NCBI GenBank assembly: GCA_963826785.1
Contig: CAWGYD010000010.1
Coordinates: 96,001-160,000 of the forward strand
DNA: 64,000 nt
Direction: 5' to 3'
DNA from: an uncultured delta proteobacterium
GTDB lineage: Bacteria; Desulfobacterota; Desulfobacteria; Desulfobacterales; Desulfosalsimonadaceae
Part shown: positions 33,554 through 45,000 of the stretch, in pieces
Layout of the letters: every line of letters begins with the position of its first letter
Numbering within the stretch: the first letter of the stretch is position 1
The notes under the pieces: model-generated
What the model was told of the DNA's origin: nothing
The model's input: only the letters and a program-made list of their open reading frames with translations
The model's database searches: none
Position numbers and translations under genes: made by a program

Positions 33554-36382
33554 ATGATGATTGAAAAATCGGAGATCCACCCGAAGATGGTCGGCAAAGT
33601 CCTGTTTTCCAGATTATTTCCATTGATGCGCAAGGTCTTCGCAATTGCCTTCCTTCTGGTTTTATTCCTTGTTTTCCTGACGGGCGGTTTGCTCTTTTTC
33701 CTGCCGACCCTGGTGGATTCCGATCTGGCGAGGCAAAGTCTGGAAGCCACCCTGTCCGGTCAGCTTCGGCAGAAGGTGGAGATCAGGCGGATCTCTTTTG
33801 ACTGGCAGGACGGTATCATGCTGGATGGGTGCAGGGTGACTGCGCCTGGAGATACATCCGCGCAGCCCATTGCCCGGGTGCAATCGGTTCATCTGGCGCC
33901 GCACTGGGCGGGACTTCTCAAGCGCCGCCTCCGATTCGAATTTTCTTTAAACGGCCTCGATCTGCACCTGGTGAAGGATAAAACCGGCAGGATAACTTTT
34001 CTTCCGCATTCGGCTGCCGCTTCATCTCATAAGCCGAAGAAAATGGATGCAGAAAAGACGGCCGAACAGACCAATACAAAAGCGCCTTTACAACTCCCCC
34101 TGGATGTGGTTGCCGGCATTCGGATCCAAAATATTTCGATTTGCTTTGACGATCAGGCGGCAGGCCGCACCTACAATATAAAAGGCGGCGGCATCCGTCT
34201 GGAGACAGCTTCCCTGAAGACCCGGCCGGTCAGAATGGACATTCATGCCGGTATCACCATCGACGACGGGAATCCTGAAAAGATTGACGTAAACGCGGTG
34301 GTCTCAAACCTGTTTCAATCCGACGGCACCTTAGCCATCGGCGGAATATCGGCGCAGTTGCATGCCGACATTCCGGGAATCAAGGCTGTGCTTTCGGGTG
34401 ATGCGGCGGCATCCGGATTGACGGGGGATATCCAAATCGATCTGCCCCGGGTGCTTGCCGCAGTCGCGCCTTTCATGCCGGACGGGTTTAAGGATACGGT
34501 ACTCGGGGGAAACATTGCCATCACGGCCAGGGCATCCAGGTCAAAGGACAACACCCTTGTGGTGGATGGCAAAATCAACGGCAGCAGCATCAAGGCCGCC
34601 GGGCCGATTCTGCAGAACCGGTCCATCGGCCCGGCGGACCTGAGCCTTGCCATCCAGGCACAGGCCGACCCGGATGCGGGCATTTACCAATTTGACAATA
34701 TAGAGCTCAGGCTGCAGCAGAAAACCTTTTTGAAAGCCGGCGGGTCCGTTCATCAATCGGCCGGAAAAGAGCCGGCAATCGACTTCACTCTTTCTTCTGC
34801 CCGCATCGATTTAAACGAAGTCCTGGCGCTGGCGCACGATTTTCTCCCGGATCAGCCCACTTGGGCAGCCGCTCCCGACCGGCCCGCCTTTCTTTCGGTC
34901 GATCGGATCAAAGCCGTCCGTTCGGCATCGGGCGATGCCCGGATTGAGCTTGCGGGATTGAACCTTTGCCCCCCGGATATGATGTTGTCCGGCAACGGCG
35001 GTTTAGTGCATGTCGGGCAACCGGAGATCCGCATTAATGATTTAAGCGCCGATTTTTCCGAGAATTTTCCCGTTGCCGCCAAGTTTTCCGGCAGCCTGTC
35101 CGTAAAAGACGTCAAGGTGGAAAACGGCGGGGATATCATCGAAGTTTCCGGCATTCACATAGATCAACTGGGTATCAACGCCGATCAGATCCGAAGAGCA
35201 GAAGCCGCCAAACCGGGATTTTGCGCCCGCTTTGATGCCCGCCAGGCGCTTTTAATCGACCGCATTACCGTGTCCGACCGGGTTCGCATCCAAGGCCTTG
35301 CCCAGGATGCCGCGCTTACCGCTATCCTTTTTCCCGACGGCGCCCTGCAAAGCAGTCTGGAGCACCTGGCCATCCGTTTGAACGATCTTTCTCTTGACGA
35401 TCCCAGATGGGGAACCATCTCCACAGGTGCGGCACTGGACGCGCATGTATCCCAAGTAAGCCGGACAAATGCCGGGACAATCGATGCGGCCGGTGTGTCC
35501 GTGGATCTGGCGCTGCCGGATTTAGTGGAACTGGCTGTGGGCCTTGAGGCCCGGGACTCGGGCAAAAAAGCCATCACCGCGTCCGCCGACCTGTCCCTCC
35601 ACCTGGACAAATTCCTGTCTTTGCTCCCGGAGCCGCTGCGCGCCCAAATTTCAGGCGGCGGCACCTTGACCGTTGCCATAGACGCCAGCGGCCGCCTGCC
35701 GGATGCAGACGAGATAGCCCGGCTGGCAAAGCTCAACATGGAAAATCACCTTCCCTTTGTTACCCGGGTGGCCGCTCAAATCGCTCTTGCCGATGCCCGC
35801 GTGTCGATCAAAACGGATGTGGACCATCCAGTCGACATCCGCAGCATTATCGGAAATCCCGTTTTCGCATACGCCTATGACGGAAACACCGGCCGCGGCG
35901 AATTTAACAGCCGCATCCAAATCAGCGGCATCCATGCCGAACCGGCTCTCATACCCGAATCGGCCCGGTGCGACCTTGTGATCTCCGGCAGCCATCTTGA
36001 TGTAAATACCATTGAATTGTCCCAGGAACTCATCCATCGATCCCTATCAGGCCCGGCAGCGGCTTTCCATTACCGCAGACGGCCTGGCCCGGCTGATTGC
36101 CGCCCAAGGATGGGCAGACCCGGTGATGCTGTTGGAAAATCTCGGCGGCCGCGTGGCAATAGACATGAGCGTGCCGGATGCCGCAGCAGGAAAGGCGCCG
36201 GGCGCCAACATTTCTGGAAACGGGAGCATTTCAACGGCAATGGATATCCGGCTGGTGCCCGGCCGGAGCCTTTCGGGCAGCGTCGATCTGGAAATGGCCG
36301 ATTTCGGAATGTCCGCACCGGAGCGGTTTTCCCTCTCCTGTCTCACGGGCGCCCTGCACCTGGGCAAATCCTGGCGGATTGA
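33554..36382 (+). CDS. AsmA/YdbH-like inner-membrane-anchored beta-rich protein, N-terminal part (frameshift near 36032)
   Basis: N-terminal TM helix, AsmA-like N region, long repeated amphipathic beta strands. Translation degrades after ELSQEL. Confidence 0.7.
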   Translation: MMIEKSEIHPKMVGKVLFSRLFPLMRKVFAIAFLLVLFLVFLTGGLLFFLPTLVDSDLARQSLEATLSGQLRQKVEIRRISFDWQDGIMLDGCRVTAPGDTSAQPIARVQSVHLAPHWAGLLKRRLRFEFSLNGLDLHLVKDKTGRITFLPHSAAASSHKPKKMDAEKTAEQTNTKAPLQLPLDVVAGIRIQNISICFDDQAAGRTYNIKGGGIRLETASLKTRPVRMDIHAGITIDDGNPEKIDVNAVVSNLFQSDGTLAIGGISAQLHADIPGIKAVLSGDAAASGLTGDIQIDLPRVLAAVAPFMPDGFKDTVLGGNIAITARASRSKDNTLVVDGKINGSSIKAAGPILQNRSIGPADLSLAIQAQADPDAGIYQFDNIELRLQQKTFLKAGGSVHQSAGKEPAIDFTLSSARIDLNEVLALAHDFLPDQPTWAAAPDRPAFLSVDRIKAVRSASGDARIELAGLNLCPPDMMLSGNGGLVHVGQPEIRINDLSADFSENFPVAAKFSGSLSVKDVKVENGGDIIEVSGIHIDQLGINADQIRRAEAAKPGFCARFDARQALLIDRITVSDRVRIQGLAQDAALTAILFPDGALQSSLEHLAIRLNDLSLDDPRWGTISTGAALDAHVSQVSRTNAGTIDAAGVSVDLALPDLVELAVGLEARDSGKKAITASADLSLHLDKFLSLLPEPLRAQISGGGTLTVAIDASGRLPDADEIARLAKLNMENHLPFVTRVAAQIALADARVSIKTDVDHPVDIRSIIGNPVFAYAYDGNTGRGEFNSRIQISGIHAEPALIPESARCDLVISGSHLDVNTIELSQELIHRSLSGPAAAFHYRRRPGPADCRPRMGRPGDAVGKSRRPRGNRHERAGCRSRKGAGRQHFWKREHFNGNGYPAGARPEPFGQRRSGNGRFRNVRTGAVFPLLSHGRPAPGQILAD

Positions 36383-37214
36383 TCAATATTCGGGCGGTCT
36401 CACGGACGTGCCGACCGTCTGGTTATCCCGGAATCTGATGGCGCCGCTGTCATTTCCCGACCGGTCTGCCGGTTTCGGCGCAGAAACCCGCATGTTTCCA
36501 AGCGCCAGTCAACCGCCGGATATCACCATGGCATCCTTCGATCTGGCCCATTTGCCGATTCCCGTCAATATGGGGCAGTCGCGCCTGTCAGTTTCGCTGA
36601 CCGGCGGATTTCCGGAAGTCGAGTTTGCCCTTGATCTGCTAAACGGCACCATCACTGGATCGGCAGGTCTGATCCGGGAGCAGGACCAATATTATCTGCG
36701 TGTGCGCACCGCATTTTCCGGCATCGATTCAGCGGTTCTTATTTCCGATGCCGCCGCCCGGACCGGCGGTGAGACCGAAATCAACGGTGCCCTGTCCGCC
36801 CGCATTCCCGTAACCGGGTCGATGCGGACGCTGCTGGAAAATGCCCGGGTTCAGCTCTATTTTTCCCGGATCGGCAGCCGGGCGCTCGAGCGGATCCTCT
36901 ATGCCCTCGACCCTTATGAAAGCAATGAAGCCATCATGTCCCAGCGCCGGCTGCTGCGCACCGGTTCGCCGAAAGAGATCCGCCTGGGCGTCGAAAACGG
37001 ATTCTTATCCCTTGACGGATCGGTGGCGGCCGGATCGATCACCATCGACATTCCCAGGCTCCAGCGGCTCAATGTCGCCGAAATCCCGGGCATCAAAAAA
37101 TTTGAGCCTTCGCTTGCCGGCCTGGGAAACATCATCTCGATGCTCGATATCCTGACCGCCCAAACCCTTCTCACCGACCCGGCAAACCACCGGATCCGGT
37201 TCAGATCACCATGA
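36012..37214 (+). CDS. AsmA/YdbH-like protein, C-terminal part
   Basis: The +1 frame continues SIDPYQARQRLSITADGL... with the same beta-strand character. No RBS or start of its own. Directly upstream of the DUF1318 gene. Confidence 0.7.
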   Translation: MNCPRNSSIDPYQARQRLSITADGLARLIAAQGWADPVMLLENLGGRVAIDMSVPDAAAGKAPGANISGNGSISTAMDIRLVPGRSLSGSVDLEMADFGMSAPERFSLSCLTGALHLGKSWRIDQYSGGLTDVPTVWLSRNLMAPLSFPDRSAGFGAETRMFPSASQPPDITMASFDLAHLPIPVNMGQSRLSVSLTGGFPEVEFALDLLNGTITGSAGLIREQDQYYLRVRTAFSGIDSAVLISDAAARTGGETEINGALSARIPVTGSMRTLLENARVQLYFSRIGSRALERILYALDPYESNEAIMSQRRLLRTGSPKEIRLGVENGFLSLDGSVAAGSITIDIPRLQRLNVAEIPGIKKFEPSLAGLGNIISMLDILTAQTLLTDPANHRIRFRSP

Positions 37215-37224
37215 GGATAGCGCC

Positions 37225-37809
37225 ATGAAACATATTGCCGTTTTGGCCATGATCATCCTGGCTTCAGGGTGCACCCTGGCTCGGGTGAATGTGGAAATGC
37301 TCAGCGAACGCACCGCCCTCGAAAACCAGGTCCTGGGCTCATACAATTCGCTCGATTCGCAAATGCTGCTGACCGCATCCGTGCGGGGTGTGGATGCAGA
37401 AGGACAAATCTCCGCGCCCCCCCGGCAGAGCCGGGAATTTGCCGATTCCATTTCTGCCATGCAGGCCCTGGATTTTCATGCGGATGACCTGGAGGCCTTC
37501 AAGCGACTGGGATGGGCCGGGGAGAACCGCCAGGGGCTGATCGAACCTTTCGGCATCACCAAAGATGCCCCCCCGCCGGAGCTGAAGGATTTTGCCCAGC
37601 GCTATTCAGCGAAGGAATTCGAATTTGTGGTCTCCCGGATCAATGCGGCGCGGAAAGTATTGATGCAGCAGGTGATCTATATGAACGAAAACCTGTCCGA
37701 ATCGGACCTGCCCGAGGTGGGCCGGATATTTGCCGGAATGTATGCGGAAAAAGCCGCTCCCGGTGAGAAAATCCAGAATACCTCCGGAGCGTGGGAGATC
37801 AAGAAATGA
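37225..37809 (+). CDS. DUF1318 (YdbL-like) lipoprotein
   Basis: Lipobox LASGC, RTALENQVLG, GWAGENRQGL, NAAR, PGEKIQ..SGAW. GAGG RBS. Confidence 0.8.
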   Translation: MKHIAVLAMIILASGCTLARVNVEMLSERTALENQVLGSYNSLDSQMLLTASVRGVDAEGQISAPPRQSREFADSISAMQALDFHADDLEAFKRLGWAGENRQGLIEPFGITKDAPPPELKDFAQRYSAKEFEFVVSRINAARKVLMQQVIYMNENLSESDLPEVGRIFAGMYAEKAAPGEKIQNTSGAWEIKK

Positions 37810-40800
37810 GACCATCATCTCTTGATCATGCCGCGCATTCACCCGGCGGTGAAGCACCCTTTCTTGATTTCCCGTACAAGCGGGGATTGAAGGGGATGTT
37901 CTGCTGGCTGGCGATTTTCTGCACACTCCTGCCATGGACTGCAATCGCAAGCGGTTACAAAGATTTCGTTTCCATGCCCGTCCAGGTGACGGCCAGCAGT
38001 GATCCGGTTTCCCATTTTGCGGTCTCCTCCGACGGAAAAAAAATAGTCTACATCACCCAAAACGCTGCGGGCGCAAGCCTGTGGGTCGGCTCGGCAGACC
38101 CTGCGGTAATTGCCCTTCCCCGGCTGCTGGTCTCCGACCCATCCCTGAAATCCGATCCCGCCGTATCCGCCGACGGCCGGTTTGCCGCCTACTCTGGGAC
38201 GATAAACGATGTGAAGGGCGATATTTTCCTGATCGATCTTTCCGCCCCGGTCGCAGAAGCGCTTCGCCTGACCGGCCGGGACACCCGGGACGGCGGCCCC
38301 TGTTTTTCGCCGGACGGCGAAAAACTCTACTTTCACCAGGCAGGTCCGGGCCCGGTGTTTCACCTCTTCAGCATCGACCTTGAAAACCCCAAGGCCCCGC
38401 CTGTTCCCATCGACACGGATGGAGACGCACAATTTCCCGCTGTATCGCCGGACGGGACCCGGCTGGCGTTTGTCTCCTTCCGCAGCCATCCGTCGGGCGA
38501 CCTGTTCGTTTCCGATCTGGCGCAAAAAAGCATCACGCAGGTCACCCGGGGGCCGGCCATCGATATGGCGCCCCAGTGGTCCACGGATGGAAAATCCATC
38601 TACTTTGCCCAAATCGCGCAGGATACCGATCATGACGGGCGGATCACCCGAAACGATATCCCGGTTATCTGCCGCGTGTATCCGGATGCAAAAGCCCTTA
38701 CCCCGTCACCCCTGACGCCGCTGGATACGATCGCTTTTTCGCCCCGGATCACCGAAGACCGGTTATATTTTCTATTCAACCGCGCGGGTATCCTGAACTG
38801 CTGGGCCACACTGCCGGACGGGTGGATCAAATCCCTGGACACCGCCGGCGCGCAGGTGGATCTGGCCGGGCGGGTTTCCGGACGCGTGCCGGAAAATCCC
38901 TATTTGTCTTTGCTGGCCTGGCACCGGGTGCTGGAATTGTTCCCGGCAAATCAACGGGAAAATGCGGCAGCCGCCTACCGGATCGGAACGCTCTATCAGA
39001 AACTGAACCTGCCGGATGCCGCGGCACAGGCGTATAACCTGATAACAGACGATTACCGGGATATTTCGCCCCAGGCAGGGCAGGCGAAAATTCAGCAGAT
39101 AGTGCTTTCTTTTCAATCCCAGATGGCCCGCCAGACGGATCAAAGCTCCCGGACCGCATCGATGGATGAGGCGATCGCTTCCCTCTCCGCTATGGAGAAA
39201 AGCCGGGAAACGCAAGTCCGCATCGAGGCGGGCATCGAAAAGGCGGCCCTTCTGATTTCAGCCACAAACGCCCCGGAGCGTATGGTTCATTGCATATCCG
39301 GGCTGGATGAGATCCTCACCGACCCGGATGCGGACCCTTCCCACAAAGCCCATGCATTGTACCTGAAGGCCAACGCCTATGAGACCCTCAAAATTACCAA
39401 ATCAGCAGCCGATACTTACCGGAAACTGATCGTAGAATATCCGGATCAAAACGCGTGGGCCGATTTCGCGGTGGACCGCTATCTTGATGGTCTCCAGGCT
39501 GCGCAGCCCCGGCAGCCAATTGCAGACAGGATCCGGCGGCTGCAGCAGATTGCCGCAAAAAACCAGACCGATGCCCCCCTGCTGGCCATGGGGGCCTTAA
39601 ACCGGATCGGGGACCTGTATGCGGCCCAGGAAAAACTCGAGCAGGCCGGGTCCGCTTACCGCCAGGTGCTGGACACCTATCCGGCGAACACGCCGAGGAC
39701 CGCCGCGGCGCGGCTGGCCCTGGCCGAGATATATTACCGGCAGGAGCAATTCCGCAAGGCCCTTGATCTCTACGAAACCGAAATCAGCCGCCGGCCCGAG
39801 GAAGACCGGATTTATCAGCTGGCCCGGCAGGCCTACATCCGGAAAAAAAGCGGTGCCGGTGAATACCATTTCCGGCTCGGAGAAGTGCCTACGGCCCGCA
39901 GCCTGTTTGCCGAACTCATGGATTATGACGACCGGATCGTGGAGGCCCACCGGGGGTACATCAAGTGCGCGGCAGCCGAGGGCGACCTGCAGGCGGTGAT
40001 CGAATCATACCGCAAGCGGCTTTTGGCCTCACCGGATGACCCGGTGCTGCTCTATGCCACCGGCCTTTCACTGACCTACCTGGAGTCGGAGACATCTCTG
40101 GAACAAGCCCAGGACATGATCCTTTCGGCCATTGCCTTCAACGGCCGGGTTCAATACTTTTACCAGACCCTGGGCTACATCCATGAGGTCATGGAAACGG
40201 TCTATAAAAAGCCCCGCCGGCTGGAACTGGCCCTGGATGCCTACCAGAAAGCCTATTTTCTTAATGATTCCGCCGGCAACCCGGAAAATGCGGCCAACCT
40301 GGAACTGAATCTGGGCAACGTCTTTTACCTGCTGAAGCAGTACGGCAAGGCACTGGATTATTTCAGCCGAAGGGAGCAGCGGAAGATGGCCTTTGATCCG
40401 CCTTCTTCGGGGATCATCTTTTACAAACGCCTGGGCGAATGCGCATTTCAGCAAAATGACACCGAGCGTGCAGCCGCCGCTTTCCATAAATGCCTGGCCG
40501 ACATCGACCGCAGCATGGATCCTGTAGAGGCATCCCACGCCTTTGACCGGCTCCACGGGTTCATCCGGAACCGGATCGCCGCCCCGGGGGCCAAGCTGGC
40601 CCAGATTGAAAAATCAGCCGATCAGCTCCTTTCCGATCAGGCCGATATCAGCCGGGAGGTGGCGGCCCTGACCCGCGATGCGGCTGCTCCCCCTTCCGCG
40701 AAATGGCAGCGCTATCATGATGGCATGCAGGCCCTGCTGATCCGGCAGAAGGCCTTAAATGAAACGGCCGCAAAATTGGGCGAACGCATGAATACCCTCG

Positions 40801-42044
40801 CTGACGCCAAAGCCGCCTCGGCACGGGTGGAAAATCCCCGGCGGGTTCTTTCGGCCATGACCGGCCAGATTGAACAGGTTCTTGATTTTCCGGAGCGCCT
40901 GGTGCAGATGCGGATCGAAACCCTTGACCGGCTGGGGCTCGCCCGGCAGGAGTCCGGGCAATGGGAAGCGGCGGCTGAAGTATTTGAACAGGCATTTGCC
41001 CTCAACCAGCAGACGGGGAATCTGGCCAATCTTGCGAAAAACCGCCGGTCCGCCGCCTACAACACCTATATGCTGGCCCGGACCGCCACGGGAAAGCACC
41101 GGATCGATCTGCTTACACAATCGGCAGGCCAGTTCGGCCAGGTTCCTGAACTGGTGGATCAGTACGGCGTTGCCGCGCCCAAAGACGAGAATTCCGAATT
41201 TGCCCTGGTGAATTTATCCGTGCAGACGTCTTTGGATGCCGCCGCTTCCACCCGGGCGGCCCGGGGGTTTACCAAGGACCAGGAAATCCGGCTTGCAAAA
41301 ACCTTCCTCTCCCGGATTGCCACGGAACTGGGACATTTTGATCAGGCCGCAAAACTGCTTGAAGAACAGCTGGCCGATTACCCGGCCGGCAAGCCGGTGG
41401 CCGCTTCCGACCAGTACGGCGTATCCCTGCTCCATCACCGGGCCGGTCTGCTCGCTTATGCCCGGGGCGATTTTAAAGACGCATTTTGGCGTTTCGAGTC
41501 GTCGGCCCAATTTACTCTGCAGATGAAAAACCCGGTAAGCGCCATGGTCAATCTCAAGAACATGGCGGCCCTGCTGTCAGATTTTCCGGGACCGGCCCAA
41601 GGTCCTGTAAACGATGGATCCGCTTTTTCCCGGTTTTGTGCGCTGGACCGACAGGTGCGCGATCTTCTTAAAACATATCCCCCCCCGGACCAGAACGATG
41701 CGATGATTACCTGGCATCTGGCCATGGGGGTCTGCTATGCCAAACAGGGGCGCCGGGCCGGCCCGGAAGCAAAAGACAGCGTCTATGCGCTCGATGCTCT
41801 GATGACCGCCCAGTCCCATTTTCAACACGGCCTGTCGCTGATCCCGCCGGATGGACGGCAAAAAACCCGGGGCGCCGCCAAACAGGAAGCCATGCTGCAT
41901 TTGGACATGGCCTGTGTCGCCGAGATCCTGGGCGATATCGATCGCGGCACGATCCCATCGGGAAAAAGCCCTGTCCTTATGCGAGCAGGGCATGTTCCCC
42001 GGCCTGAAGTGGCGGGCCCTGGCCGGTCTGGGCCGGCTCGATGA
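37806..42044 (+). CDS. Giant exported PD40/TolB-like beta-propeller + TPR protein, N-terminal part of a CHAT protease gene
   Basis: Signal-like segment (MFCWLAIFCTLLPWTAIA), repeated P.[VFW]S.DG propeller motifs, many TPRs. Coupled to the DUF1318 stop. Frameshifts near 41943 and 42073. Confidence 0.8.
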   Translation: MRPSSLDHAAHSPGGEAPFLDFPYKRGLKGMFCWLAIFCTLLPWTAIASGYKDFVSMPVQVTASSDPVSHFAVSSDGKKIVYITQNAAGASLWVGSADPAVIALPRLLVSDPSLKSDPAVSADGRFAAYSGTINDVKGDIFLIDLSAPVAEALRLTGRDTRDGGPCFSPDGEKLYFHQAGPGPVFHLFSIDLENPKAPPVPIDTDGDAQFPAVSPDGTRLAFVSFRSHPSGDLFVSDLAQKSITQVTRGPAIDMAPQWSTDGKSIYFAQIAQDTDHDGRITRNDIPVICRVYPDAKALTPSPLTPLDTIAFSPRITEDRLYFLFNRAGILNCWATLPDGWIKSLDTAGAQVDLAGRVSGRVPENPYLSLLAWHRVLELFPANQRENAAAAYRIGTLYQKLNLPDAAAQAYNLITDDYRDISPQAGQAKIQQIVLSFQSQMARQTDQSSRTASMDEAIASLSAMEKSRETQVRIEAGIEKAALLISATNAPERMVHCISGLDEILTDPDADPSHKAHALYLKANAYETLKITKSAADTYRKLIVEYPDQNAWADFAVDRYLDGLQAAQPRQPIADRIRRLQQIAAKNQTDAPLLAMGALNRIGDLYAAQEKLEQAGSAYRQVLDTYPANTPRTAAARLALAEIYYRQEQFRKALDLYETEISRRPEEDRIYQLARQAYIRKKSGAGEYHFRLGEVPTARSLFAELMDYDDRIVEAHRGYIKCAAAEGDLQAVIESYRKRLLASPDDPVLLYATGLSLTYLESETSLEQAQDMILSAIAFNGRVQYFYQTLGYIHEVMETVYKKPRRLELALDAYQKAYFLNDSAGNPENAANLELNLGNVFYLLKQYGKALDYFSRREQRKMAFDPPSSGIIFYKRLGECAFQQNDTERAAAAFHKCLADIDRSMDPVEASHAFDRLHGFIRNRIAAPGAKLAQIEKSADQLLSDQADISREVAALTRDAAAPPSAKWQRYHDGMQALLIRQKALNETAAKLGERMNTLADAKAASARVENPRRVLSAMTGQIEQVLDFPERLVQMRIETLDRLGLARQESGQWEAAAEVFEQAFALNQQTGNLANLAKNRRSAAYNTYMLARTATGKHRIDLLTQSAGQFGQVPELVDQYGVAAPKDENSEFALVNLSVQTSLDAAASTRAARGFTKDQEIRLAKTFLSRIATELGHFDQAAKLLEEQLADYPAGKPVAASDQYGVSLLHHRAGLLAYARGDFKDAFWRFESSAQFTLQMKNPVSAMVNLKNMAALLSDFPGPAQGPVNDGSAFSRFCALDRQVRDLLKTYPPPDQNDAMITWHLAMGVCYAKQGRRAGPEAKDSVYALDALMTAQSHFQHGLSLIPPDGRQKTRGAAKQEAMLHLDMACVAEILGDIDRGTIPSGKSPVLMRAGHVPRPEVAGPGRSGPAR

Positions 42045-45000
42045 AGCCCTGGCCGCGCTTGAAACCGTCACCTTTAATGGATGCGGCATGCGTCCCCTTT
42101 GAAATCATGCATTCCTTTGCCCCCTTAGTCCTTGCCCATTCCCGGGCCGGACGGGTCGAAGAAGCGTTTAACCTGGCCGAACGCCTGTCCGAACTGGAGC
42201 GGTTCAACCGGATGGCCGAATTTGTCCGGCCAAATGATTCGGAAAGCCAATTTTACAGACAGGTATTTTACCGCCTTGAACGGATAGATGAATTACAAGC
42301 CCGCGCGCAAACCGCCAATGCGGCGGAAAAGGTATTTATTGCCGAAAGAATCGCCCAGGAAAAGTCATTGATGGAAAGCGATTTTGGCCCGGATGCCGAA
42401 AACCTCCCCCGGATCCTGCGGCTGATCTCCGGTCCCGACGCACGCAAGCAGATGATGCACCTCTGCGGCCTTTCCCTGGAGATCGAAACGGCTGCCGGGG
42501 CCATATGGGAAAACCCGTCCTCACCTGAATCGCGCAGCCGCTATGATCAGCTGGTTTCCAAATACCACGAAAGCGCCCGAAAGGCGGCCGGTCGGGGAGA
42601 GGATACCGGACCCGCAGACGTATTTGCCCTGATGGCGCCAAAACCCGCCGAGTTGATGGATGTCCAGTCGGTTCTGGATCCATCCGGTGATACCGTGCTG
42701 ATCCGCCTGGTGAGCCTGGGAATCAAGGCCCCGGCCTTTTTACTGTTTAGCGTGACCCCCGACGGCATTTCCGTTGTTGAAACCGCCGATCCGGTGGATG
42801 CCATTTCTCGCCAGGCCGATAAAATCGCCTACATCGCCTATGAACGCCCGGAAGCGCTGACCGCCTTGCCCATGCATCCCTTTGCCCTGAGCGCCACCCA
42901 TCTGGTTCGATGCATCGAAAACAAAAAACCGTTCAAGCAGAATCTGCTGGCCATCTCCCCTGCCCCCGGCATGCAGGATCTGGCAGAGATTTACCGGCTG
43001 CGCAGCATGTCCGAATTTCCCGCCATTGCCGATGAATCGTTTTTAAATACCCTGTCAGACACCCAGACACTGGCGGCCGCAGGCCCCCTCCGGTACGCCG
43101 CCACCGTTCCCACCGAACCGGACAGCCGACCTCGGCCCGTCCTTTCCCTTTCCCCGGATTATGCCTCCATATTTCCCGCAGAGCAGCTGATCGCAAACAC
43201 GCCCGGACTTTCCCTGGCCCTTCTGACCGATGCCCCGGTTTTAGATCCCTATATCGCCGGCCATTTCTTTTCCATCTTCGGCTGCTCCCAGCTGATCCTG
43301 ACCCGACCCGATGAAAGCACGGATAACTGGGTGCTCGATTTTTTAGACGCCTATCCGGATCTTCCCGCCTATGATGCGCTCAAAAACAGCTTGAAAGCGG
43401 CGGGAAAAGTAGATCATCCCACCGGGGTGATGTATCTCGGCTACCGGGGGATGGACAAAAAAGCAGCCACGGAAATGGCCCGGCAGCAATTTGCCCGATA
43501 CGTCAAAGCCGGGCGGAGCGCCTATGATGCCGGGGACGCGCGAAGGGCCCTGCCCCTGTTCGAAAATGCGGTTTCAGTCGCCCGGGAAGTCAAGGCATAC
43601 GCCACGTATCTGGGGGCACTGTACCGATTCTGCCGGGAAAGCGCCTACCAATCCGGCGACCTTGAAAAGGCCTTGAATTATGCACAACTGCTGGCCGACC
43701 AGATGGCGGCCGAACAGCCCGACACCAAGGCCCATGCAGAGGCGCTCCTGCGGCTGGGCCTTCTGCAGGCCCGGATGGAAAATTATCAACAGGCCGTGCC
43801 GGTCATTACCGAAGCGGTGGAAATGATGGGGAACCTGGACACCGATGAAGACCTGGTCAATGCCATGGTCGATCTGGGGATCGTGCTGGAAAACGCCACG
43901 GATTACCCCGGCGCCCTGAGCCGGTTCAATTCTGCTGCGCGCCTGAGCCAGACCCTGGACCGCGGGGAGCTGCTCGCGGCCCAGCAGTACAATATCGGCC
44001 GGATCCAGGACCTGAGGTTGAACCAGTATGCCCTGGCCATTTCACACTACCGCAATGCCCTGGAAGGATTTAAGATCGCGGGCAATACGGGCCGAGCCAT
44101 CGAGGCCATGATCGACATCGGCCGGTGCAGCCGTCTGCTGGGCAATTTCCCCCAGGCCGATGAGCAGTATACGCTTGCACTGGAACTGGTGGACCAAAAT
44201 CCGGAAGATCATCAAAGGCTGCTGCCGAAGATCCTCATCGAGCAGGCCAACAACGCCTGGTTTACAGGCCGGTATGAATCCGCTTTCCGGCTGCAGCGGC
44301 AGTGCGCGGCCCTGGCCGACAAGCAGGAAGATGAGGCCATGAAGGTGATGGCCGCAAACACCGCCGGGCTGATCTGGTGGACCCTGGGAGATACCGGAAA
44401 AGCAATGGCCGAACTCGAGGGCGCCCTCACCCTTGCGCAGGCAAACACGGCCCGCAAAGATGAAATCGCCACCACCTTGAACAACATGGGCCTGATTTAC
44501 CGGGACCGGCAGGACTTTGCGGCCGCCCTGGACTGCTTTGACCGCGCCCTCGACATCGACAGGAAAATCGGCTCCCGCTGGGGCATCGCCTATGACTGCC
44601 GGAACAAGGGGTTGACCCTTATTCTGATGGATGCGCCGGAAAAAGCCATCCCCTTGTTCACCGAAGCGCTGGAGATCTCCCGCGCCATCGGAAACCGCAT
44701 CAATGAGGCAAAAGCACTGATCGGCCTGGGCGATGGCTGTTTGCAGCTAAATGAACTCGACCCTGCCGAAAAGGCCTACACCGAAGGGCTTGCCCTGTCC
44801 GAGACCATGCTGCTAAAGGAGACCCAGTGGCGCGCACTGTATGGCCTGGCAAGGATTTTTCTGCTCAAAAATGACCGCAAAGCCGCCGAGCCGTATCTGC
44901 GCCGGGCAGTAGATGTGATCGAAGGCCTTCGCGCCGACATCAGAATCGATCAACTCAAGAAAAATTTTCTTTCCGGGAAGATGGATGTCTATGAAGACCT

